Shown piece after piece: positions 8,301-13,752 of a DNA stretch of 14,034 bases (positions are counted from its first letter, which is position 1; each line of letters starts with the position of its first letter). The notes beneath the pieces were generated by a model. The model was not told the origin of the DNA. It saw only the letters and a list, made by a program, of their open reading frames with translations, and did no database searches. The stretch comes from a virus. Lineage: Duplodnaviria; Heunggongvirae; Uroviricota; Caudoviricetes. Both the position numbers and the translations under genes were made by a program. The DNA is taken from the IMG/VR virus record IMGVR_UViG_3300009983_000002; one strand, 5' to 3'.

Positions 8301-11300
8301 ACAGGCTGGCAACCCAACTGGCGGCTTCCGCCTCCCCGGCGGTTCCGGCTACTCGCGTCTGGTTCTCCGTGTCACGCCCGGCGATGAAATTCGTTTCAGC
8401 ATCGGCCAAGGCGGCCAAACTGGCGTCGATGATGTTAGTGGCGGCCCCGGCGGATGGCCTGACGGCGGCGACGGCGGCCTGAGCAGCAGCTTGGCCGCAG
8501 GCGGCGGCGGCGGCTCCACGCATATCTACATCAACGACGAACTCGTTCTCGTCGTCGGCGGGGGTGCAGGCGAAACCGGCACTTCGGCAACCGGCGGCAG
8601 CGGCGGCTCCGGCGGCGGACTATCTGGCGGCGGCTCTTCTGGCTTCTCTCCGACTTTCGGAGCCACACAGACTGAGCCGGGCTTCAATCCCAACCACTTG
8701 ACTGTCCATGACGGCGTAGGGCCGCAGGGCGGCAACGGATGGGATACCAGCATCACCACGGCTGACGGCGCGGGCTCCGGCGGCGGCGGCGGCTACTTCG
8801 GCGGCGCCGGTGGGCACGACGGCAGCGCTGGTTCTGGTGGTTCTGGCTTCATCATCCCCCGTGAGGGTAATGAGGGCTACGTCATCGAGTCCATGACGCA
8901 TGGCTTCAGCACCACGGACGGCTTCTGGTCGCACGGGTTTGAGGACCCTTACGGCGTGCGCCTGCCAACCGGCGTTGGCACCGATGGGAACGACGGAAAG
9001 ATTTCGATCTTCGTCCACGCTGACGGAGAACCCTATGATCTCCATCGCGGCCCGTTTGTCTCTACCCCAACCAACCACACGACCGACGTGTGGCGGTGGA
9101 AGCGCTTCGTCGTGCCCGCAGATATGTGGATTGAAGAAATCCACGTCGTAGCGAACGCCGACTCCGCGACGACGACGATCTGCGGTGTGATCTTCAATCA
9201 CTCTGTGGCCCCTCTCGTTGACGGCCCTGGTAGTTGCATCGCTCACTCTGGCTTTGTGACCGGCGTGACCACTGGGCAAAATGATTTGCCACTACTCGAT
9301 CCCGTGTTCGTCCGCCAAGGACAAACGGTGTGGATCGGCACGATCTCCGACATCGCGACCTACAGCAACCGTCAAGACTCGACGGACCACTTGCTGCCAA
9401 CAAACTACTCATGCTCTAACACGGGCGTCACCGTTGACCCCGCTCTCGGCGGCATCTGCGCCAACGAGAACACCTGGGGCTCGACGAACAGCAAGAGCAA
9501 CATCGCTTACGGCTTCTGGGCGTCGGGGACCACGGACCTCGATGTCCCTGGTGATTCCGCCATCGCAGTCGTTCCCTTCACTTTCCCGACTTCCACAGGC
9601 ACTTTGGACATCACGTCTGTCGATCTCGGCGGGCGCATCCCCAAAGTTGCTTTGATCTTCTACGGCTACGCTCCGGCAGATTCTGACGCAGCCAGCATCG
9701 TGCAGGGCTTCGGTATGGTCTCTCGTGGCTCAGGCCGCGCCCAGACTGTGTCGGCGACGATGAACGACAACCAAACGTCGTCAGACACCGCACGCTCGCA
9801 AATCTACAACCGTGCCATCCATTACGGTTCGCCGGGGACCAATACCCCTGCGGGCGAAGCCAGTATCTCTGATTGGCTCAGCGACGGCATCCGTCTGAAC
9901 TTCACGACCGTTGACGGCACCGCACGTCAGGCCTTCGCGATCTTGATCGCTGGGGAAGACGTTGAAGTTGCTTGTCAGCGGAAGAGTGACTGGAATGCCG
10001 GGGACACCCGCATGGACGGCTTTGGGTTTAAGCCTACGTTCGTTGTCTGGTCTGGACTCTCGATCAACATCACCAACTCCACCAGCCCCGGCACCATCAC
10101 CGCCGGTAGCGCTGGCTTTGGTGTTGGCATCTGTGACAGTCACGGCAACCAAGGCTCCATCGCCTGGGGGCAGACCGACGCGCAAAGTCAAGCTGGTCGT
10201 CCGTCGAACTACATCTCCAACGCTGCCATCGAGTCGAGCATCAACAGCGGCGCCGCGAGTGTGAACTCACTGTTGACCCTCCATAGCATCGACGACGCAG
10301 GCTTCACCATCAACGCCACGAACGGCCTTGGCAGCACCGAGTCCTATATTGTCGCCGTGCGGATTCCAGACATGGAATCTCGCGTGCTGCAATTTGATAG
10401 CCGCACCACGACTGGAGTCCAGAACGTGACGGGCGCGGGTTTTGAGCCCGAGTTTGCGCTGCTCTTGGGCTCTAGCGTCCAGAGCTACAACACTGTGATC
10501 TACAACACCGACGAAGCGTCGGGCTTGGGCGTCGCGGCCTTCACCGCGAACGACGGCATTGGATTGGGCTTCTCCAACCGTGTCGCCGACCCCACGGATT
10601 GTAATTCCGGTGCTCAACTCGACGACTTCATTGTTGGCCGGGGCACCAGCCCACGCGCCATCGCCGCCGATTTCGATGGGTTCACCAGCGACGGATTCGA
10701 TCTCGACTATACCGCTGTTCACACGACGGCGACGAAGAACCTCGCGCTGGTTCTCGGACGCGGCAACCACATGGACGCCGTAGCCGAAGCCGACACCGAT
10801 GTCGCTGGTCAGTTGTTCAACCAAGGAGAAGGTGGCTATTCGATGCTGATGACCCGGGGTAGCTCCTGGGCTTCGAGTTCGACGGGCACGTTCTTCGTCG
10901 CCCTCAACAACTGCGGCATCGGTAGCAACATTTCGTCTGGCGGGGCCGAACTCGGCACCGACATCATCTGCCGCCGCGACGCCACGATCAGTAAGCTCAC
11001 GGCGCATATCACAAACAACCTGAAGACCACTAACGTCGTGATCCGCTTCCGTAAGAACGCGGGCAACGGCAACCAAGTGATCACGGTTCCTCCGTTGACT
11101 ACGGGTTTCTTCTCCGACGTTACGAACACCGACAGCATTGTCGATGGCGACCGCTTCTGCGTGAGCATCACGACCACGGCGCCTAGCAACGATATTGCTA
11201 TTCGCGGCATCTTCGCGCTTTGTAAGTCCGACACCGGCAATCCCCACGTCTACTGGGGCCTGTATGGTGGCGAAACCACGGTGTTCAACGACGCCGGGGC

Positions 11301-12072
11301 CAGCGAAGCTCACTACTACGCGCCAATCGGCGCGCACTCTGGCGACGGTGACGCCACCGACACCGCATATTCGCGTGTTGTTGTCCCCGTTGACTGCGAA
11401 GTCAGCCATCTCCGCGCCCAGGTGTTCACGAACCCACGGACGACAGACACCGTCGCTTTCGTTCGCATCAATAGTGTGAACAGTGCGGTGACGATCACGA
11501 TTCCAGCCTTGACCACCGGCAGTTTCGAAGACACTTCGAACACTGCTTCGATCACGGCTGGAGATACGCTGGGCTTCATCGTGACCACGGGAACAGGTGC
11601 AGGCACGTTGAACTTCAACCACCTTGGCGTCATGCTCGCGATGGACAACGACGAGTGGCCGCTTGTTGCCCACAGTCAGGTCAACAACCAAGGCGAGATT
11701 GATAACGCAGACTCCCGTCGCGAAATGTATCACGCATTGGGTGGTCGTCTGAACTTCATTGGCGAACTCGCTGACGTGACGACGGCAGACATTGAGCTTG
11801 AGCAGATTCCAATCCTGCACTCGTTCTACGCCCGTGGCCTGTTCACGACGCTGGCGACGAAAGCCGGGTCTGACTTCGTTCTCCATCTGAACGCGGACTT
11901 CGAAGACCTGACTAACACCGTCACCGCGACTGGGGTTGGCACCTTCTCCGACATCACGAACGAGGATGAAATTCCTTCGGGGACCCGTCTGTGTGTTCGT
12001 TCCGACCGCCCGGCCACGACCTTCAATCACGACTACATCACAGTAGGCCTTGTTATGTCCAACGAGCCGTGA
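5320..12072 (+). CDS. Tail tip / central tail fibre protein (gpJ/Tal-like core) with a ~1420-aa multi-domain C-terminal extension
   Basis: 2250 aa uninterrupted. The core carries GYRYHLGIQMAL, VPGYRGL, NPMEMIYDIITSDWG, YNQVRVVFPDRASDYEE, LRPGDVVKFSWP and RGVLDTSPRDHDAG motifs. These are followed by repeats, a Gly-rich domain and two triplets of beta-rich domains. Confidence 0.9.
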   Translation: MWMLLFVAVLFIASLLLAPKPKLENAKAASLSDFSFPMTDEGTPVFLFWGRVRIKAPNVLWYGDFFAEPIKEKVKTGMFSSKKITVGYRYHLGIQMALGLFTGAGPTLRRLWWGDKEMWTGTSTGGTIAINDPNFMGGHKEGGGLIGTIDFNPGTFSQNPSPYLEQERNLGAGDVPGYRGLINLVFRGNTIEQTVDAFGKAVIPKAFQIGERPNLDPLSVEIEQVPNLLGFNTVGPNGDCNPMEMIYDIITSDWGRMALATSTVDLASFTAAAQTLEDEEHGIAYMVRSSQDARDVIEDVLKQIDGMIYEEPTTRKLVIKLIRNDYDVNALVEFDQTNVLEVTEFASSQWEDTYNQVRVVFPDRASDYEEKTAFAQDLSNVSMQSRVRSSEVTFAGVSNAALAQFLASRELNYLSIPITKVRIVVDRRGAQLRPGDVVKFSWPEYGISQLVCRVQQFDYGELDNNRVAIDLVQDRFAISNTIFSPPPPTLWERPPTDAPPIENSRIIELPRFLVSKIVESETTLGGDDDSSFLGYFVQQPSDSSAFFTAEVTVTGNAEYGTDVVTGTFNNTATLVNAITIEGLDEYDTTDGIQITNVQEPGQLVTVTEAEVETGANIFIIGDEIFAYRSATHLGAGVYRLNTIWRGVLDTSPRDHDAGERVWFFTDELGNFGENFFEGDEDLSAQLYNRNGFRTSIPEGPFTVDLQNRSERPYPPDQVELEGVPFLDELAEGATLDLTWHRRNRNATSITRPDAADEAPHETTEYYATVSRQNQPEEGPEYDLGTGTSGDLTDDKPGLVTLRLYSRVDGVSCLYPVYRRYISRNPYLISALISNELSLTANLRNLPPIQMDAEPIMTLTLIGDMQNIGPIELEANLDVDLVVTADMQNNEPNLLSAAFDMEMALTGDLLNYDAEQELQGTLDVDLSFTGDISIERYFEATMDVDLEMAGLITQDATTPLLEGSNDFYYTGAERRFVVPADCYAITIDAWAGGGAQAGNPTGGFRLPGGSGYSRLVLRVTPGDEIRFSIGQGGQTGVDDVSGGPGGWPDGGDGGLSSSLAAGGGGGSTHIYINDELVLVVGGGAGETGTSATGGSGGSGGGLSGGGSSGFSPTFGATQTEPGFNPNHLTVHDGVGPQGGNGWDTSITTADGAGSGGGGGYFGGAGGHDGSAGSGGSGFIIPREGNEGYVIESMTHGFSTTDGFWSHGFEDPYGVRLPTGVGTDGNDGKISIFVHADGEPYDLHRGPFVSTPTNHTTDVWRWKRFVVPADMWIEEIHVVANADSATTTICGVIFNHSVAPLVDGPGSCIAHSGFVTGVTTGQNDLPLLDPVFVRQGQTVWIGTISDIATYSNRQDSTDHLLPTNYSCSNTGVTVDPALGGICANENTWGSTNSKSNIAYGFWASGTTDLDVPGDSAIAVVPFTFPTSTGTLDITSVDLGGRIPKVALIFYGYAPADSDAASIVQGFGMVSRGSGRAQTVSATMNDNQTSSDTARSQIYNRAIHYGSPGTNTPAGEASISDWLSDGIRLNFTTVDGTARQAFAILIAGEDVEVACQRKSDWNAGDTRMDGFGFKPTFVVWSGLSINITNSTSPGTITAGSAGFGVGICDSHGNQGSIAWGQTDAQSQAGRPSNYISNAAIESSINSGAASVNSLLTLHSIDDAGFTINATNGLGSTESYIVAVRIPDMESRVLQFDSRTTTGVQNVTGAGFEPEFALLLGSSVQSYNTVIYNTDEASGLGVAAFTANDGIGLGFSNRVADPTDCNSGAQLDDFIVGRGTSPRAIAADFDGFTSDGFDLDYTAVHTTATKNLALVLGRGNHMDAVAEADTDVAGQLFNQGEGGYSMLMTRGSSWASSSTGTFFVALNNCGIGSNISSGGAELGTDIICRRDATISKLTAHITNNLKTTNVVIRFRKNAGNGNQVITVPPLTTGFFSDVTNTDSIVDGDRFCVSITTTAPSNDIAIRGIFALCKSDTGNPHVYWGLYGGETTVFNDAGASEAHYYAPIGAHSGDGDATDTAYSRVVVPVDCEVSHLRAQVFTNPRTTDTVAFVRINSVNSAVTITIPALTTGSFEDTSNTASITAGDTLGFIVTTGTGAGTLNFNHLGVMLAMDNDEWPLVAHSQVNNQGEIDNADSRREMYHALGGRLNFIGELADVTTADIELEQIPILHSFYARGLFTTLATKAGSDFVLHLNADFEDLTNTVTATGVGTFSDITNEDEIPSGTRLCVRSDRPATTFNHDYITVGLVMSNEP
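7795..8178 (+). repeat. Six tandem ~22-aa protein repeats (consensus roughly L-x-A-x-L-D-V-D-L-x-x-T-G-D-M-x-N)
   Basis: Units include LPPIQMDAEPIMTLTLIGDMQN, IGPIELEANLDVDLVVTADMQN, NEPNLLSAAFDMEMALTGDLLN, YDAEQELQGTLDVDLSFTGDIS and IERYFEATMDVDLEMAGLITQ. Confidence 0.85.
8212..9018 (+). other. Glycine-rich domain within the tail tip protein
   Basis: FYYTGAERRFVVPADCYAITIDAWAGGG...GGSGYSRLVLRVTPGDEIRFSIGQGG, then many GGGGG/GGSGG runs, ending in GNDGKISI. This is the pattern of the phage/ALK-type glycine-rich domain. Confidence 0.75.
9553..10764 (+). repeat. Three tandem ~135-aa beta-rich domains
   Basis: Shared motifs: GGRIPKVAL / GFKPTFVV / GFEPEFAL; QGFGM / AGFGVG / SGLGVA; LSDGIRLNFT / DDAGFTINAT / TSDGFDLDYT. 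Approximate units are 9553-9960, 9961-10368 and 10369-10764. Confidence 0.8.
10834..12069 (+). repeat. Three tandem ~135-140-aa C-terminal domains (C1q/TNF/BclA-like jelly-roll by pattern)
   Basis: Shared motif: TTGFFSDVTNTDSIVDGD / TTGSFEDTSNTASITAGD / GVGTFSDITNEDEIPSGT. The fold assignment is an inference. Confidence 0.75.
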
Positions 12073-12085
12073 TAGAGAGGACGCG

Positions 12086-12304
12086 ATGATCAAAACCACA
12101 CGCTGGACCCTGGACACCTGCAAATGCGTATTGGACTTGCACTGGGACGACTCTGTCGATGTCTCGGAAGGCGCAAGCCCAATCGTCAGCGTGTCTTCGG
12201 TGACAAAGTGTCCTCTCCACGCCCACCACGCCTCTGGGGCGGACCACTACCAAGCGGTCCTGGCGCACAACAGGGACGCGAACGTGCAGGCCAACAAGGT
12301 ATGA
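12086..12304 (+). CDS. Small Cys/His-rich protein, possible tail fibre assembly or tip-associated factor
   Basis: SD GAGAGG 5 nt before ATG 12086. 72 aa, with WTLDTCKC and CPLHAHH. Directly follows the tail tip gene; ATGA overlap with the next gene. Confidence 0.7.
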   Translation: MIKTTRWTLDTCKCVLDLHWDDSVDVSEGASPIVSVSSVTKCPLHAHHASGADHYQAVLAHNRDANVQANKV

Positions 12305-12525
12305 TCGTCAAGGCCCTGATCGAGTTGAAGGCCGCGAGCCCGCCGGGCGTTGGCCCCCTCTACTACACCAAGGGCCCCTCTGGGCTCTTCGGCTGGACTT
12401 CCGTGGCCCAGGACGCCTTGGGGTTCGAAAGCCTCCACGATGCCCAGGCCTTCATGCAAGAGGGTTTTCTCGTCGGAGTCGCCGAAGCCCGGGAACACAA
12501 GTTTCTGGACGTGCCACCCCGTTGA
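12301..12525 (+). CDS. Hypothetical 74-aa protein
   Basis: ATG 12301 overlaps the previous stop (ATGA). It is in frame with the 12124..12525 ORF of the track. Sequence begins MIVKALIELK and includes LYYTKG..GWTS..DALGFES. Confidence 0.62.
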   Translation: MIVKALIELKAASPPGVGPLYYTKGPSGLFGWTSVAQDALGFESLHDAQAFMQEGFLVGVAEAREHKFLDVPPR

Positions 12526-12550
12526 CAACATGGTTAATCTGTGGTAGAGG
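12522..12550 (+). promoter_or_regulatory. Putative sigma70-type promoter P2 (TTGACA-N17-TAGAGG, preceded by TGn)
   Basis: Perfect -35 at 12522-12527 and an AT-rich spacer. The -10 at 12545-12550 lacks the final T and doubles as SD GAGG. Holin ATG lies 6 nt later. Confidence 0.5.
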
Positions 12551-12556
12551 TCGGGG

Positions 12557-12859
12557 ATGGCCCAAGCCCCGGTCCCCACTGGATTCCTCCCCGAGCCCCG
12601 TTGGCTGTTTCGCCGCATTCTCACGTTTGCGGTGATCATCTACGTCGGCCTGATGGTCGGCTTCATCGCCCACGTCCTGGCCGCCGCCGGGGCCACGATG
12701 GCGCTCCTGACCCTGGCAATCGCCCTGGTCATCCAGTCCACGATCCTCCAACTGATCTACCTGATCGCCCCAAGCGCCGAATACGTCCGTGCGATCTCCA
12801 CGGTTGTCGAGGCCGCCCGGGGCGGCGACGTTGAGAATCCTCCGGCGCAAGGCACATAA
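12557..12859 (+). CDS. Probable holin
   Basis: 100 aa with two long hydrophobic segments (ILTFAVIIYVGLMVGFIAHVL; ALLTLAIALVIQSTILQLIYLI), an RR before the first, and a polar C-terminal tail. Lies immediately upstream of Rz/Rz1. Confidence 0.65.
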   Translation: MAQAPVPTGFLPEPRWLFRRILTFAVIIYVGLMVGFIAHVLAAAGATMALLTLAIALVIQSTILQLIYLIAPSAEYVRAISTVVEAARGGDVENPPAQGT

Positions 12860-12864
12860 AAAGT

Positions 12865-13272
12865 ATGACTTTCTCCTTCCTCGCCCCAGTGCTGAGCTTC
12901 TTCAGCAACCCCCGCGTCCTCGTCATTCTGGCCGTCGTCGGCCTCCTTGGCGTGATCTACGTCCGGGATACCCAACAAACGGCCCGGCTCGAAGCCCAGG
13001 CCGCCGTTGTGGCGACTTTGGAAGAGACCGTGGCGCAGAGCACCGCGAAAATTGAAGGCCTCCAGCGGGCCTCTGAGGCCCAGCAAGAGGCCAATGAAGT
13101 AATCTCCCAGCGGCTCGCCGAGCGGGTCGCTTTTGAAAGGTCCGTAAATGCGCTCATCCGTGACATTGATCGGGCGGGTCCGTCTCTTCCTGACGGCGCT
13201 ATCCGCGATCTTACTCATGAGCGGCTTGGCGTCCTGCGCCGGGACGCCGAAGCCCGTTATCCCGCCCGTTGA
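12865..13272 (+). CDS. Rz: Inner-membrane spanin (i-spanin)
   Basis: 135 aa: N-terminal TM (VLVILAVVGLLGVIYV) followed by an Ala/Glu/Gln-rich coiled coil. Overlapped at its 3' end by a lipoprotein gene. Confidence 0.85.
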   Translation: MTFSFLAPVLSFFSNPRVLVILAVVGLLGVIYVRDTQQTARLEAQAAVVATLEETVAQSTAKIEGLQRASEAQQEANEVISQRLAERVAFERSVNALIRDIDRAGPSLPDGAIRDLTHERLGVLRRDAEARYPAR

Positions 13273-13495
13273 GTTTTCGGCTCCCGACATCGAGCCGAAC
13301 ATCCTGACGTGCGAGTTCGCGCCGGTCCCTCCAGGGCCCGGGGCTAGCGAAGCCGAAGCCGAGGTCTACAAGGCCCAGCTTTTCGCCGCCTGGGAATCGT
13401 GCTTCGGCAATCTCTACGCCGTTGGCAACGCCTTGAACGCTTGGCGGGTCTCCGTTGGTTTGCCGCCAATCGAGTTCCGCGACGCTCCGCGTTAG
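13148..13495 (+). CDS. Rz1: Outer-membrane lipoprotein spanin (o-spanin), overlapped type
   Basis: SD GAAAGG 7 nt before ATG 13148. Signal peptide ends in lipobox LAS-C (Cys30), followed by a Pro-rich mature part with two more Cys. Overlaps Rz by 125 nt in another frame. Confidence 0.85.
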   Translation: MRSSVTLIGRVRLFLTALSAILLMSGLASCAGTPKPVIPPVEFSAPDIEPNILTCEFAPVPPGPGASEAEAEVYKAQLFAAWESCFGNLYAVGNALNAWRVSVGLPPIEFRDAPR

Positions 13496-13532
13496 TTATC
13501 CTTCAAAACCCTAATTCCGCCGAACGCGGGAT

Positions 13533-13575
13533 AAGAAAAAGGCCCCAGGGGAGTAGCCCGGGGCCTTTTCTTTTT
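13533..13575. terminator. Bidirectional intrinsic terminator
   Basis: AAGAAAAA-GGCCCC-a-GGG-gagtag-CCC-GGGGCC-TTTTCTTTTT: a GC stem with a T-tract on both strands, located between convergent units. Confidence 0.88.
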
Positions 13576-13746
13576 ACTCGGTCATGGGTGTGGTAAGGCC
13601 CATGTTGCGACCGGATCACCAACCTTTTTCCAGGTGACGGGGAGGCCGGAGCCCCGCATTTACTCCCGAGAGAACAGTCGCGGGATGCGACGTTCTAGCG
13701 ATCAGGAGCCACCCTACCGGGCGCTTAACCCCGGCGTTTGTCTCAT
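13533..13746 (-). ncRNA. Candidate structured small RNA (~214 nt), family not recognised
   Basis: Has its own promoter (13753-13780) and terminator. Five consecutive hairpins precede the terminator: 13716-13735, 13662-13709, 13639-13655, 13615-13638 and 13579-13613. No ORF longer than 25 codons follows its ATGs. Confidence 0.55.
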
Positions 13747-13752
13747 GAGCAC

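Noticed and set aside
8499-8810. (GGC)n runs as a phase-variation tract
   Set aside because: These are short triplet runs encoding poly-Gly of the glycine-rich domain. Slippage would stay in frame.
1216-11479. Alternative-frame + strand ORFs rich in Arg/Ser/Pro (e.g. 1216-1689, 2885-3472, 7752-8387)
   Set aside because: These are typical off-frame by-products of GC-rich coding DNA, with no start signals.
855-12123. Long - strand ORFs (855-1805, 1877-2764, 3394-4407, 4680-5573, 5788-7641, 10267-12123 and others)
   Set aside because: They lie antisense to well-supported genes. Strong C/G third-position bias removes antisense stops. The products are V/D/R/A-rich with no motifs or SDs.
12050-12300. 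Longer starts given by the ORF track (12050 and 12124)
   Set aside because: 12086 has a clear SD and avoids overlap with the tail tip gene. 12301 has ATGA coupling, whereas 12124 would overlap most of the preceding gene.
12545-12570. Lambda S-type dual-start (holin/antiholin) motif
   Set aside because: There is no Met-Lys-Met arrangement, and an in-frame TAG lies at 12545, just upstream of the single ATG.
13515-13531. Small hairpin TTCCGC-cgaac-GCGGGA upstream of the terminator
   Set aside because: It is only 6 bp with a G-U pair and no T-tract on the + strand. It may be accessory to the terminator but is not supportable alone.
13576-13746. Cobalamin or c-di-GMP riboswitch, or hammerhead, HDV-like, pistol or twister ribozyme, as the identity of the structured RNA
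   Set aside because: Only fragments resemble these (GCAAC, UCCGGCCU, CUGAU, UAAAU). The required cores and pseudoknot pairings are missing, and the element lies downstream of nrdJ rather than upstream.
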